The translations under genes and the position numbers were made by a program. From an uncultured Methanoregulaceae archaeon (GTDB taxonomy: Archaea; Halobacteriota; Methanomicrobia; Methanomicrobiales; Methanospirillaceae), in the NCBI GenBank assembly GCA_963705255.1, contig OY970061.1:1888001-1952000 (forward strand): a DNA stretch of 64,000 nucleotides, given 5' to 3'. Each line of letters begins with the position of its first letter. Position 1 is the first letter of the stretch. Under the pieces are notes generated by a model. The model did no database searches and had not been told where the DNA came from. It was given only the letters and a program-made list of their open reading frames with translations. This document shows, one piece after another, positions 10,914-21,339 of the stretch.

Positions 10914-11258
10914 ATGACCGAGAAAAAACTGAAAGAACTCGAGAAAAATATCGGCAAAGTCCCGAAATTTTTCAGGGAACTGACCGTAAAGGATCCTGAG
11001 ATGTTCAACCTCGTGATGAAATTCGAGGAGCATATCTGGAACGATGGGAAACTGTCAAAGAAGACCAAGAAACTGATCGCTATTGCGATTGCGGCGGCAC
11101 TCCGTGACCAGCACGCTGTCCGCGCACAGATCGCCGGGGCTTCCAGCCTCGGCGTGACAAAGGAGGAGGTAGAGGAGGCCCTCCGCGTGACATTCCTGCT
11201 CTCAGGAATGCCCGCCTATGTATACGGGAAGGCCCAGCTCGATGAAGTGATGAAATAA
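10914..11258 (+). CDS. Carboxymuconolactone decarboxylase (AhpD-like) family protein
   Basis: LSKKTKKLIAIAIAAA...GVTKEEVEEAL pattern. Confidence 0.8.
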   Translation: MTEKKLKELEKNIGKVPKFFRELTVKDPEMFNLVMKFEEHIWNDGKLSKKTKKLIAIAIAAALRDQHAVRAQIAGASSLGVTKEEVEEALRVTFLLSGMPAYVYGKAQLDEVMK

Positions 11259-11270
11259 AGGAGCAGGCAC

Positions 11271-11915
11271 ATGACTGATGAGACGTGTCCCGCTTTGCCG
11301 GTACTGGGAGAGCCCGCTCCCGAATTCGATGCGGAAACAACCCAGGGCCCGATCACGCTCTCCGGCCTGAAGGGAAGATGGGTGGTGATGTTCTCCCACC
11401 CTGCAGATTTCACTCCGGTGTGCACGACTGAGTTCCTTGCATTCGCATCGATCTACGATGAACTCAGGGCGCTGAACGTCCAGCTGATCGGCCTCTCGGT
11501 GGACAGTGTCTCATCTCACCTTGCCTGGATCTACGCTATAAGAGAGAAGATGGGCGTTCGGATCCCGTTCCCGATCATCGCCGACCTGAATATGAATATA
11601 GCCCGCAAGTACGGCATGATCCACCCGGGCCAGAGCTCGACTACCGCTGTCCGGTGCGTCTTCTTTATCGATGACAAGGGCATTATGCGGGCAATGATCT
11701 ATTACCCGCTCCAGAACGGGCGGTTCATGCCCGAGATCCTCCGGTTGGTCAAAGCGCTCCAGATCACGGATAAGCACAAAGTTTCCACACCGGCAAACTG
11801 GCAGCCGGGGGACAAGGTCGTTGTCCCCCCGCCAAAGACCGCTGCCGAGATGGAGAAGCGGCTTACGGAAGGGTACGAGTGCAAGGACTGGTACCTCTGC
11901 TTCAAGAACGTGTAA
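11271..11915 (+). CDS. Peroxiredoxin (archaeal Prx6-type)
   Basis: FSHPADFTPVCTTE active site; TPANWQPG; C-terminal CKDWYLC. Confidence 0.93.
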   Translation: MTDETCPALPVLGEPAPEFDAETTQGPITLSGLKGRWVVMFSHPADFTPVCTTEFLAFASIYDELRALNVQLIGLSVDSVSSHLAWIYAIREKMGVRIPFPIIADLNMNIARKYGMIHPGQSSTTAVRCVFFIDDKGIMRAMIYYPLQNGRFMPEILRLVKALQITDKHKVSTPANWQPGDKVVVPPPKTAAEMEKRLTEGYECKDWYLCFKNV

Positions 11916-12065
11916 GTGTCCTGGTGTTGTAGCCCTTCATATTTTTGTGCGATCTGCAGCCTGTGAAACCCATCCCAGCCGGGTGCCATAGAAAAAGTCC
12001 CCATCTCCCCGGCAGTCCGTTCACCATCCAATCTTTTTTCACTGCGAATATCCTAGAAGAGTGTG

Positions 12066-12680
12066 ATGACCATCAAAGTCCTCGCTTTCGCCGGCAGCCC
12101 GCGCCGGAACGGCAACTCTGAAACGCTGCTCGACTGGGTGCTTGCGTCCATGGGCGGGGAACCTGAGGTCGCCATAGAAAAAGTCCCTCTCACAGAGGCC
12201 AATATCAACCCATGCAGGGGGTGCAATGCCTGCGAAAAACTCAACAAATGTGTCCAGCGCGATGGCATGGATATCTACCACGACAAGATCATCGGAGCAG
12301 ATATTATCCTGCTCTCATCCCCGATCTTCTGCATGGGGCTCGCGTCGCAGGTAAAAGCGCTGGTCGACCGCGCACAGGTCTTCCGCTCCCGGAAATACGT
12401 GCTCAGGCTCCCCATCGTCCCACCCGAACGGAAAGGTAAGCGGCTCGGCGTGTTCCTCGCAACCGCAGGACAGAACTGGGATAACGTGTTCGATGCTGCA
12501 GTCCCTTCAGTGAAATGCTTCTTCCATGTCATCGATATAAAGGACGAGGACATCAGCTACCTGATGATAAACGGGGTCGATGAGATGGGGGCGATCGAGC
12601 ACCACCCTACTGCAAAAACGGATGCGGAAAAACTCGGAAGATCCGTGATCGCCGAACTGAAAAAACGGCTCGCAGCGTGA
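12066..12680 (+). CDS. Iron-sulfur flavoprotein (flavodoxin family)
   Basis: GSPRRNGNS and CRGCNACEKLNKC. Confidence 0.88.
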   Translation: MTIKVLAFAGSPRRNGNSETLLDWVLASMGGEPEVAIEKVPLTEANINPCRGCNACEKLNKCVQRDGMDIYHDKIIGADIILLSSPIFCMGLASQVKALVDRAQVFRSRKYVLRLPIVPPERKGKRLGVFLATAGQNWDNVFDAAVPSVKCFFHVIDIKDEDISYLMINGVDEMGAIEHHPTAKTDAEKLGRSVIAELKKRLAA

Positions 12681-12686
12681 AGCTTC

Positions 12687-13331
12687 ATGACAATCACGGT
12701 CCTTGGTATCTCGGGAAGCCCGCACCGGCATGGAAACACGGAAACCCTGCTCGACAGTTTTCTCGACGGGGCAAAGGCAGCCGGTGCCACGGTGGAGAAA
12801 GTCGTGCTCAAGGATCTCACCTATTCCCCGTGCCGTGGATGTAACGCCTGCCACAAAACCGGTGAGTGCGTCGTCAGGGATGACGCGATCACCCTTTTCA
12901 ATAAGGTACTGAACGTGGACTGCCTTGCCGTTGCCTCTCCCATTTACACGATGGGCATCACCGCTGAGCTCAAAGGGCTGATCGACCGGGGACAATACCT
13001 CTGGGCACGGAAATTCATCTTAAAAACGCTCTTTTTTTCCAACGACCATATCAAACGCCATAAAGGGCTCTTCATCTCTACGGCGGGCCAGTCGTGGGAC
13101 CATGTCTTCGACGGGGCGTTCCCCATGATCACTGCTATCTTCAATGGCACCGGATTCGAATACTATGACAATATCATTGCGAATAACATGGACGAATACA
13201 AAGGGATCAAAAACCACCCGACAGCACTGAAAGAGGCGTTTCTCAAAGGGCAGAAAGTCGTTGCTGTACTGGAGAAACTAAAAGATGAAGGACTGATTCA
13301 ACCGGTCGCAGAGAAAACTCAAAATAATTAG
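12687..13331 (+). CDS. Iron-sulfur flavoprotein (flavodoxin family), tandem paralog
   Basis: GSPHRHGNT and CRGCNACHKTGEC. Confidence 0.88.
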   Translation: MTITVLGISGSPHRHGNTETLLDSFLDGAKAAGATVEKVVLKDLTYSPCRGCNACHKTGECVVRDDAITLFNKVLNVDCLAVASPIYTMGITAELKGLIDRGQYLWARKFILKTLFFSNDHIKRHKGLFISTAGQSWDHVFDGAFPMITAIFNGTGFEYYDNIIANNMDEYKGIKNHPTALKEAFLKGQKVVAVLEKLKDEGLIQPVAEKTQNN

Positions 13332-13980
13332 AGAAGATAGAAGGATCCGAGCAGGATCCCAAATGCGGCAATGATGAGCACGGCGAAGACCGGAATGCTC
13401 CATGCCATGACTTTTCTGCCATCGAGAATACTGATCGGCAGCAGGTTGAACGCTGCAATCATGGCATTGATCTGGATCCCGAAAATGCCGATTACGGTGA
13501 GGAGACTGGATGGTGAATGTGAAAGGAACTCTCCGAGAAGAACTACCCCTGCAAAGACGCCGCACAGGAGAAGATTGACAACGGGGCCGGCAGCTGAGAT
13601 TATCCCATTCTGCTCCCGGGAAAGTCCCCGCCCGTCAGCAGAATTGGTATAGATTACCGTGACCCCGGGGCGGCAAACACGAAGCCGACCAGGGCGGCAA
13701 GGACAACGGCGATGAGGAGCATCGAGTTGTCCTTCCTGAATTCCGCCCAGTACCCGTACCTGATCGCGGTAAACTTGTGCGCCATCTCGTGGAAGATGAA
13801 CCCAATCCCAACGGTCAGAAAAGCAATTCCAAAATAGATCAGGACAACAACGGGATCGAGCCGGGGGATTTGGCCGAGTATTCCGTAGGGAGCAATTTTG
13901 ATGATTGCAAAGGAGAGCGAGATCGCCATCCAGGCAATAAAAAGATCTGCCTCTTCGCGTCTTGTTATTCGTTCGAGCAT
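13328..13980 (-). CDS. Site-2 protease (peptidase M50) family, -1 frameshift near 13662-13670
   Basis: FHEMAH in the first frame; ISAAGPVVN and AFNLLPISILDGRKV in a second frame ending TAA at 13328. Span is 653 nt, one base short. Confidence 0.82.
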
Positions 13981-14078
13981 GGAAAACACCAGATCAGATA
14001 GGATTTGCTTGGTTAATTGTTTTGGTCTCCATGCTCGTAAGGATTACGTTTATGTGAAATCTCGGATATGTATATGAT

Positions 14079-14363
14079 ATGTGCCTCGAGACAGTACGGG
14101 CTGAGATCACAAGGGTCGACCGGGAGATCATCCGGCTCATCGCACAACGACAGGAACTGGCCGGAAAAATTGCGAAGATCAAAGTACATACCGGAATTCC
14201 CATTCATGATGAGAACCGGGCGGCAGATGTTCTCGGGGCTGCGTTCGAACAGGCTGTCGAGTGTAAGATAGATCCGGTTTCAGTCCAGAAAATTTTTGAG
14301 ACGCTCATCGCCATGAGCGAAGACCGCCAGCGGGAATGCTCGGGAGAGGGGAATCTCCCATGA
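14079..14363 (+). CDS. Chorismate mutase type II (AroQ)
   Basis: LETVRAEITRVDREIIRLIAQRQELA...KIK...PIHDENR. Confidence 0.85.
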   Translation: MCLETVRAEITRVDREIIRLIAQRQELAGKIAKIKVHTGIPIHDENRAADVLGAAFEQAVECKIDPVSVQKIFETLIAMSEDRQRECSGEGNLP

Positions 14364-14461
14364 CAGCGCCCCTTTTAAAAAAACGGTTCTGTAGAATTCC
14401 TATTGGATAGTGTGATTCGCTTATATTCTTCAACGGAATGAGTGTGACCCCATCTCTCAAA

Positions 14462-14950
14462 TCGAAGAACTCTGACGAGTTCGATCGAAGACCTGCGGTC
14501 TTCTCCTGTCTCAAGTCTGATGACTTTCGACATTCTCCAGCCTGCTCTTCCCTTCGGGAATAGCAGCCTCCCCGGAGGGGAGGCAATGCAAGGGGAGCAT
14601 CCCCTTGCCCCCCTATTTCCGGCGGGATCTTCACCAACCTTCTGAGGGACTATCGCTCTATTAGGGGATGCTGCCATCGCTAAAGGCATGGCAGACTCGA
14701 GAAAATGTTTCGATATTTTCGAGATGTGACAAAGGAACATGAGAAAATATTTATCAGAATATTTTCGAGCTGCCATAGCGGCAGGGAATTAATCGTCGCA
14801 TCAGCGAGGATTAATTGGAGAAGAATTCATCAGAATTCTTCGACTGCGGATTCGAGAATAGTCGAAGAACGCTTCGCGTTCTTCTCCCGCCTCATCTCAC
14901 GTTCCATGAGGTTCGTCGCCCCAAAGAGCGCTGAGAGAACTTCTGATGAT
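14462..14950. repeat. Array of REP-like imperfect palindromes between convergent genes
   Basis: At least 11 hairpins, e.g. GAAGAATTC-ATCA-GAATTCTTC (14820-14841), GAAGAACGC-TTC-GCGTTCTTC (14864-14884), GAAAATATTT-ATCA-GAATATTTTC (14743-14766) and GCAAGGGGA-GCA-TCCCCTTGC (14588-14608). Confidence 0.8.
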
Positions 14951-15045
14951 TTCCACAGAGCCAAAAAAACGGCGATGAGAGCCGGGTGACTTTCATGTAT
15001 CTCTGATAAAAGGGAACTGGCTTTTTCATGCCGGTTTTCAGCGGG

Positions 15046-16128
15046 TTATCCCAGTAACCCGAGAAAGATGACAAATCCAAGACCTATCATTATCAGTCCG
15101 ACAACCAGGCGGAGGGCCCGCCGGTTGTCTGTCTTCCACTGGCCTGCCCGCTCCGGGGAGAGCCCGAAGGCAAAGAGCAGGGTGACGATGACGAGCGGCA
15201 GGACAAAGATGATATTATAGAGTATAAGCCAGATCAGGCCTATCGCCAGGGTCAGGCTGCGGCCCATGAGCCCAAGGATACCGATATAGATACCGCCGGT
15301 ACAGGAAAAACCGAATAATCCGGCAAGTATGCCCAGTACGAAAGCAGCGGGGAGTGATGCTGTCCGGATATAGCGGCCGATAAGACCCTTCCCTGAATCA
15401 GCGATTGCGAGTGTAAACCGGTCCGTGTTTTTAACGACATCGAAAATGGTTATAGCACCGAGAATAAATGCGATAGTTGCGCCGAGAAGCGAGAATGGTT
15501 CTGACAGCCCGGAGAGGGAGATCATCGACAAAAAACCGATGCCAAGGAAGAGGTGGAACAGGAACACGGCTGCCGTATACAGGCCGCCGGTAAGCAGGAT
15601 GCGTTTCCTGTTCTCTGCCGCAGCGATAGAGACAAGAAGGAAGATCAGGACGGATAAGGCACAGGGATTGGAACTGTCGGCCAGTGCGGAGACCGTGACA
15701 ACAGGGACGGAAAGGGACGTAGCCGGGGAGCAGTTCTCCTGTCGCAGATTGGATAGTGTGGGTGCATTAGAGGTACAGGGGACCGTCCGTTGCTCCTCTG
15801 CGAGAATACGTTCCTCGAAATGGTCCTTTATTTCGGTTTCCCCGACCAGGGCCTGATCACCGATAAATATGACGGGAATACCGGAATTCCCAGTGTTGTA
15901 CTGCCGGTTCATCTCCACAAATGTCTGCTGGTTCGTGGCGTTATGGTACACTTCCAGCATTTCCAGATGAAGATTGGGGTATTTCTGCCGGAGCTCGTCG
16001 AGAAGGGGTTGTATCGTCTCGCAATGGGAGCACCCGTCACCGTAAAAATATACTGCCGTAACGGTAGTATTTGAAAGGCTGCTATTTCTGGTGAGAGGAA
16101 TACTTCTTGATCCTTGCAGCTCACTCAC
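15046..16128 (-). CDS. Thioredoxin-domain plus DsbD/CcdA-like (cytochrome c biogenesis) membrane protein
   Basis: YFYGDGCSHC thioredoxin motif; DSSNPC and FSCTGGIY membrane cysteines; about 6 TM helices. Confidence 0.82.
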   Translation of the reverse strand: MSELQGSRSIPLTRNSSLSNTTVTAVYFYGDGCSHCETIQPLLDELRQKYPNLHLEMLEVYHNATNQQTFVEMNRQYNTGNSGIPVIFIGDQALVGETEIKDHFEERILAEEQRTVPCTSNAPTLSNLRQENCSPATSLSVPVVTVSALADSSNPCALSVLIFLLVSIAAAENRKRILLTGGLYTAAVFLFHLFLGIGFLSMISLSGLSEPFSLLGATIAFILGAITIFDVVKNTDRFTLAIADSGKGLIGRYIRTASLPAAFVLGILAGLFGFSCTGGIYIGILGLMGRSLTLAIGLIWLILYNIIFVLPLVIVTLLFAFGLSPERAGQWKTDNRRALRLVVGLIMIGLGFVIFLGLLG

Positions 16129-16520
16129 TGTTTTTTTTTGAGATAATCCTGAACTAACGCTTCCATCTTTGCGGGAATCTCGTTCTCTCCCATAAGTACA
16201 ACCTTTCCATAGATAACCTCGGGAACACCGTAATTAGTTACACCCAAAGCGGCGTTGGCCTGCTTCCATATCTGCTGGTTGGTCTGGTTATTCCAGACCT
16301 CAAGGACCTGAATATGGGCATCGGGATATTTCTGCGTCAGGTCGTTGATGAAAGGCTCGATGTTATGGCAGTGCGGGCACCCTTCGCCATAGAAATAATA
16401 GATTGGACTGTTACTTGGTGATGTCATCGACGGGGCGAGAGCCCCAGAAAAAAAAACAACGAGACAGGCAATGACCACGAAAGCGAAAATGGCGGCAACG
16501 ATTTTTATTGTCCTGTCCAT
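16125..16520 (-). CDS. Membrane-anchored thioredoxin-like protein
   Basis: N-terminal TM helix, YFYGEGCPHC and GVP. Confidence 0.8.
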   Translation of the reverse strand: MDRTIKIVAAIFAFVVIACLVVFFSGALAPSMTSPSNSPIYYFYGEGCPHCHNIEPFINDLTQKYPDAHIQVLEVWNNQTNQQIWKQANAALGVTNYGVPEVIYGKVVLMGENEIPAKMEALVQDYLKKKQ

Positions 16521-16584
16521 ATTGGGAAACCCGTTACTAGTTTGCGGGTTATTGATTTAAAAAAATACCTGTCCGGGTAAAAAA

Positions 16585-17460
16585 TTATCTGAGGGAGATC
16601 ATCGTGCCGACACCATCGCGGGTGAACAGCTCGAGAATGAGATTGTGCTCGATATTGCCGTTGATGATGTGGGAGAAACAGACACCGTTTTCCACTGCCT
16701 TTATCACCGACCCGACCTTGGGAATCATGCCTTCGCCGATGGCGCCGGATCTCTGCAGCTCGTTTGCTTCATTGATCGTGAGTTTCCGGAACACCTTTGT
16801 CCTTCCGGCATCCATTACCCCGTCGACATCGGTCATGTTGACCAGTTTGTATGCCCTGAGGGCAATCGCGATGTCCCCGGCAGCAGTATCGGCATTGATG
16901 TTCAGGCTGCCCCCGAACCGGTCGATGGCAATCGGCGCAACGACCGGAATATAGTCTTTGTCAAGCAGGGTGTTCAGGAGCGCCGGATCAATCCACTCGA
17001 TCTCCCCGACGTGCCCGAGATCAACTTCTCTCTGCACACCTTCTACTTCGATATGCTGGAGATCCATCTTCTTTGCAAGGATCAGATTCCCGTCGCTGCC
17101 GGAAAGGCCGACTCCTTTTGCACCGCACTTGGCGATGAGAGAGACGATCCCACTGTTGATCTTCCCGACGAGGACCATCTGTGCGATCTCAAGCGTCTCC
17201 TGGTCGGTTACCCTGAGCCCGCCAACGAAAACCGACTCCTTCCCAAGAGCTTTCATCTTTTCACTGATCTCCGGGCCGCCACCATGGACCAGCACGACCC
17301 GGATCCCGACGTAGTGGAGGAGGACCGCATCCCGGATGGCATTTTCCAGCACTACAGGATCGACCATCGCATGGCCACCGAGCTTGATCACGATGGTCTT
17401 CCCGTGAAACTGCTGGATATAGGGAAGGGCCTCGATGAGGACGTCTTCGCGTTTCATCAT
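16585..17460 (-). CDS. argB: Acetylglutamate kinase
   Basis: [20 protein letters not shown] and GMIPK. Confidence 0.96.
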   Translation of the reverse strand: MMKREDVLIEALPYIQQFHGKTIVIKLGGHAMVDPVVLENAIRDAVLLHYVGIRVVLVHGGGPEISEKMKALGKESVFVGGLRVTDQETLEIAQMVLVGKINSGIVSLIAKCGAKGVGLSGSDGNLILAKKMDLQHIEVEGVQREVDLGHVGEIEWIDPALLNTLLDKDYIPVVAPIAIDRFGGSLNINADTAAGDIAIALRAYKLVNMTDVDGVMDAGRTKVFRKLTINEANELQRSGAIGEGMIPKVGSVIKAVENGVCFSHIINGNIEHNLILELFTRDGVGTMISLR

Positions 17461-18614
17461 GTGGTATACCTCCCGTTGATCTCAACGTAGCGTTCGGTAA
17501 GGTCACAGCCCCACGCTGTTGCCTCCTTTTCTCCTCCAGCGAGATCAAGGACGAAGATCACCTTTTTGCCATGCATCGCCTCTTTCGCCGTCTTCAGATC
17601 CGCTATGATTTTTCCTGATTTCACAAGGGGATGCTTTTCCGTCCCGTCACTGATCCAGAGAGAGACCGCGTTGGGATCAAAGTCGACCCCAGCGCGGCCG
17701 GCCGCAGCAATAACCCGCCCCCAGTTCGGGTCTTCACCGTACACCGCAGTCTTTACCAGGGGCGATTCAATGATCGTGCGGGCAACCTTTGCCGCCTCGT
17801 CTTCTTTGCGGGCGCCCCTAACCGTCACTTCGATGAGCTTTGTTGCACCCTCGCCATCTGCGGCGATCTGCCGGGCAAGGGAACAACAGCATTCCTCGAG
17901 GGCTTCGGAAAATTCCCCGGCTTTGACCTTACCGGACTCGCCGGTCGCTGTGCAGAGCGCAATGTCGTTCGTGCTCGTGTCTCCGTCGACAACGACACGG
18001 TTGAAGGTCCTTTTGGCAGCCAGTTTGAGGGCTGCTGCGAGGGGTTTTGCACCCACGTCCGCATCGGTATAGATGAAGGCCAGCATCGTTCCCATGTTCG
18101 GGGCGATCATCCCGCTTCCCTTCGTTATCCCACCAACACTGAAGGTCTCCTTCTCCACGAGTGCATGCTTGGGGAACGTATCCGTGGTCATGATAGCCTG
18201 TGCAGCGAGAATTTCTGCTTCCGGAGTGCGGTCGAGTTTTGGTGAGATCATGTCACACTGGCGCTGGATGAGCGGGAGATCGAGGTACCTGCCAATCACG
18301 CCGGTGCTTGCTACACCGACATGGGCAGGGCTGATACCCAGCGCAGAACCGGCGTACTCTGTCATGGCAACCGCGTCAGTATACCCCTGCTTTCCCGTGT
18401 AGGCATTCGCACAACCGCTGTTGACGATAACGGCCTCCAGTTTTTCCGCCTGTATCTGTCTGCGCATAAGTTGTATCGGAGCGGCCTTGACAAGGTTCTC
18501 CGTGAACACACCGGCAGCGGTGCCGTTCGCCCGGATGAGCGCAAGCCCGGATTTTCCTTCTTTCATTCCCCAGGCATTCACGCCTTCGATCGCACAGATG
18601 CTCTGACAGGTCAT
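17457..18614 (-). CDS. argJ: Ornithine acetyltransferase / N-acetylglutamate synthase
   Basis: [29 protein letters not shown] and DPNWGR. Confidence 0.96.
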   Translation of the reverse strand: MTCQSICAIEGVNAWGMKEGKSGLALIRANGTAAGVFTENLVKAAPIQLMRRQIQAEKLEAVIVNSGCANAYTGKQGYTDAVAMTEYAGSALGISPAHVGVASTGVIGRYLDLPLIQRQCDMISPKLDRTPEAEILAAQAIMTTDTFPKHALVEKETFSVGGITKGSGMIAPNMGTMLAFIYTDADVGAKPLAAALKLAAKRTFNRVVVDGDTSTNDIALCTATGESGKVKAGEFSEALEECCCSLARQIAADGEGATKLIEVTVRGARKEDEAAKVARTIIESPLVKTAVYGEDPNWGRVIAAAGRAGVDFDPNAVSLWISDGTEKHPLVKSGKIIADLKTAKEAMHGKKVIFVLDLAGGEKEATAWGCDLTERYVEINGRYTT

Positions 18615-19108
18615 TCCGCCTCAGCCCCGGTTTTCCCCGGATACGAAGACCCGATCGCATTGATGATATCCTCCCGCGTTATTATCCCGACAATTTTTTT
18701 TGCGCGGATGACCGGGAGCCGCGCTATCCCTTCTTTGAGCATGAGGGCAGCGGCAGCCTCGACGTCCATATCCTCCGATGCAGTCACCACCCGGTGCGTC
18801 ATCACTTTTTTTACCGGCATATCCCCGATGTTCCGCAGTGCGTGTTTGGTCTTCTCCCAGTTGATATATTCGCGGATAGGGACTTCTATGATCTCAAACG
18901 GCGAAGGCAGCCAGAGGTCATCGGAAATTCTTTCCGTTTCGAGGAGCGCGATGAGATCGGACTCGGTTATGATGCCGACGAGCTCCGTCCCGTCCGTCAC
19001 GGGCAATCCCCCGATGTGATGTTTCCGGAAAAGCGCCACCACTTCGCGGAGAGAGGTCTCAGCTGAACAAACAATCGCCTCTTTTGTCATTGCATCCTTT
19101 ACCAGCAT
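18611..19108 (-). CDS. CBS domain pair protein
   Basis: Two CBS repeats (GLPV...LVGIITESD; RLPV...VGIITREDI). Confidence 0.9.
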   Translation of the reverse strand: MLVKDAMTKEAIVCSAETSLREVVALFRKHHIGGLPVTDGTELVGIITESDLIALLETERISDDLWLPSPFEIIEVPIREYINWEKTKHALRNIGDMPVKKVMTHRVVTASEDMDVEAAAALMLKEGIARLPVIRAKKIVGIITREDIINAIGSSYPGKTGAEAE

Positions 19109-19117
19109 GATATCCTC

Positions 19118-20104
19118 CTAGGGAAGCATCCCCGCACTGACGAGGCCGTCCCGTTCCGGGTATCCGCACATCAGGTTCATATTCTGGATGGCCTGCCCGC
19201 TTGCACCCTTCACGAGGTTGTCGATTGCGGATATGGCAACGACCCGCAATCCCTCGCTCTCCACCATGACATCGCAGAAATTACTGCCGCGGACGGCTGC
19301 AAGCACAGGTTTCTGAAGGCGGACAAAGAATTCGTCCCTGTAGAAGTCCTGGTACATCTTTTCCACTTTTTTCTGCTCAAGGGGTTCGTTGAGCAGAATG
19401 TGTGCGGTTGTCAGGATACCACGGTTGACCGGGACAAGATGGGGGGTGAAGTAGCACCTCGCTGCCGAGCCCAGGTACGCAAGCTCCTGCTTCATCTCCG
19501 CCAGGTGCCGATGGGCGGTCCATTTGTAGGGGCCGACATTGTCCCCGACATTCGGGTAATGGGTCGTCGCCGAGGGGTTGTCTCCCGCTCCGCTCACGCC
19601 GGTCTTGGAATCGAAGATCACCGTGTGGGCATATTTTGCGAGGGGGGCTGCCGCAAGGGTAGCCCCGGTCGGGAAACAGCCGGGGTTTGCAACGAATTTT
19701 GCATTCGTGCATTCTCCGCGGTGGATCTCGGGAATGCCGTACGGAGCACAGAAGTAATCCGTATGCCTGACGCCGTACACCTCCTCATAGACTTCCTTTG
19801 GCAGGCGGTAATCGGCACTCAGGTCCACGACCCTGATGCCACGCGAGAGGAGTTTGCCGGCATGAATCATTGCCGCAGTATGGGGCACAGCCAGAAAGGC
19901 AAGATCCACATCAATGGCATCAATTTCCGGGTTCTCGAATTTGAGATCCGTAAACCCTTTCAGGTGGGGGTGGATCTGGTCAAGGGGGGTTCCCGCAAGT
20001 TTGCGTGAAGTGGCGCACACGACTTCTGCAGCGGAGTGATGAACAAGCAGGCGGACCAGTTCACCACCGGCATAGCCGGAGGCCCCGATAATCGCGATTT
20101 TCAT
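19118..20104 (-). CDS. argC: N-acetyl-gamma-glutamyl-phosphate reductase
   Basis: [22 protein letters not shown] and [11 protein letters not shown]. Confidence 0.96.
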   Translation of the reverse strand: MKIAIIGASGYAGGELVRLLVHHSAAEVVCATSRKLAGTPLDQIHPHLKGFTDLKFENPEIDAIDVDLAFLAVPHTAAMIHAGKLLSRGIRVVDLSADYRLPKEVYEEVYGVRHTDYFCAPYGIPEIHRGECTNAKFVANPGCFPTGATLAAAPLAKYAHTVIFDSKTGVSGAGDNPSATTHYPNVGDNVGPYKWTAHRHLAEMKQELAYLGSAARCYFTPHLVPVNRGILTTAHILLNEPLEQKKVEKMYQDFYRDEFFVRLQKPVLAAVRGSNFCDVMVESEGLRVVAISAIDNLVKGASGQAIQNMNLMCGYPERDGLVSAGMLP

Positions 20105-20191
20105 ACAAGAGTATCCGAGTGTAAAAATTTAATGCTTTTTAAGACGGCTGTTTTAATCCGACCTGTTATTCCCGATATTTGATGAACCGGC

Positions 20192-21106
20192 TCACGGTTG
20201 TTCAAGTTTACGCGTATAAAGGCTGTAGAGCCGCGATCCGAGCAGTTCTATCCTCTGCCGGTCCTCGAGACCGTCCAGCAGATCTGCGGGAAGCGCGTTC
20301 ATGCCTCTGGCTGCCCCGAGGTACGCCCCGCACAGGAGCGCTATAGTATCCGTATTTCCCCCGGTATTGGCGGCAACGGTGAGGAGATCGGGGGGATGCG
20401 GGTAACGGCTGATCAGGAAAAATGCGATTGGAAGGGTCTGGAAGACCGAGACATCATTGCCGATCTTGAGTAGAGCGGTTTCGGTATCCATCCCGTCTTC
20501 TTCGAGGACCAGGGCGTTCCGGATTTTCCCGCCGAGCACTTCGTCCTCGACCTGTGCTTTCTCAAGGGCTTTTTCCACAGGTTTCGGGGTATCATGAAGT
20601 GAATGGTAGAGAAGCGTTACCAGGGTTGAAACCGCCGCATGTGCTGCCGGGTGAGTGTGGGTCACGTTGCATGCCCTGACGGCGCGTTCACATCCTTCAT
20701 TCATGTCGGGGAATGTCAGTGCGAACGGGACAGCTACGGGAAGGCAGCCCGATGTCGTGGATTTGACCCCTTTCTGGGGGATATTGTCAATTACCGGGTG
20801 TTCCAAGACTGCGGATACGGAACCATCAGGAAAACGAAGTGCCCCCCGGGCATACAGTTCACGGAGTGCCGCAGCATAGCGTTCTTCGTTGTACTTGCCG
20901 TCTGCAAGGAGTGTCCCGACGAGAACCATCATCTGGGTATCATCAGTATACTGGCCGGGATTCAGTCTCTCGTTGGGATGTCCTTTGTACAGGCGCCGGT
21001 ACCCGTACTTCATCTTGTTCAGGTTGGGAGAAGTACTCTCATTGGGCATGCCGAGCGCATCGCCGACTGCCGCACCGAGCAGGCACCCCTTGAACTTATC
21101 AAGCAT
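20192..21106 (-). CDS. ADP-ribosylglycohydrolase family protein
   Basis: GCLLGAAVGDALG, YTDDTQM and GGNTDT. Confidence 0.9.
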   Translation of the reverse strand: MLDKFKGCLLGAAVGDALGMPNESTSPNLNKMKYGYRRLYKGHPNERLNPGQYTDDTQMMVLVGTLLADGKYNEERYAAALRELYARGALRFPDGSVSAVLEHPVIDNIPQKGVKSTTSGCLPVAVPFALTFPDMNEGCERAVRACNVTHTHPAAHAAVSTLVTLLYHSLHDTPKPVEKALEKAQVEDEVLGGKIRNALVLEEDGMDTETALLKIGNDVSVFQTLPIAFFLISRYPHPPDLLTVAANTGGNTDTIALLCGAYLGAARGMNALPADLLDGLEDRQRIELLGSRLYSLYTRKLEQP

Positions 21107-21339
21107 TGATCTTATATTGAAAAACCCGGATAGATAACCCTTTTTATATCCTTCGTGTATTCAGGGGTGTTCATTAATAAGAAATATTTAGAAATTTTTT
21201 TCATTCCGGCGGGCGATCCCTTCATTTGCTTCCTGACTGTCTTACTGAGGGTAGTTCTTCACATTTCCTGTCGAATTGCTTTTCGACAAATTATATATAC
21301 CATGTTCAACATGATTAATAATGTAAAATAGGTGGGTTC

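Noticed and set aside
14462-14950. CRISPR array, hammerhead ribozyme or C/D-box RNA (CTGATGA/CTGACGA motifs)
   Set aside because: Repeats are neither identical nor regularly spaced, and no cas genes are nearby. The CTGAYGA words sit in hairpin loops without a correctly placed GAAA core or C/D spacing.
14305-15080. Short ORFs over the hairpin array
   Set aside because: No recognisable motifs; they overlap each other and are better explained by the palindromic DNA.
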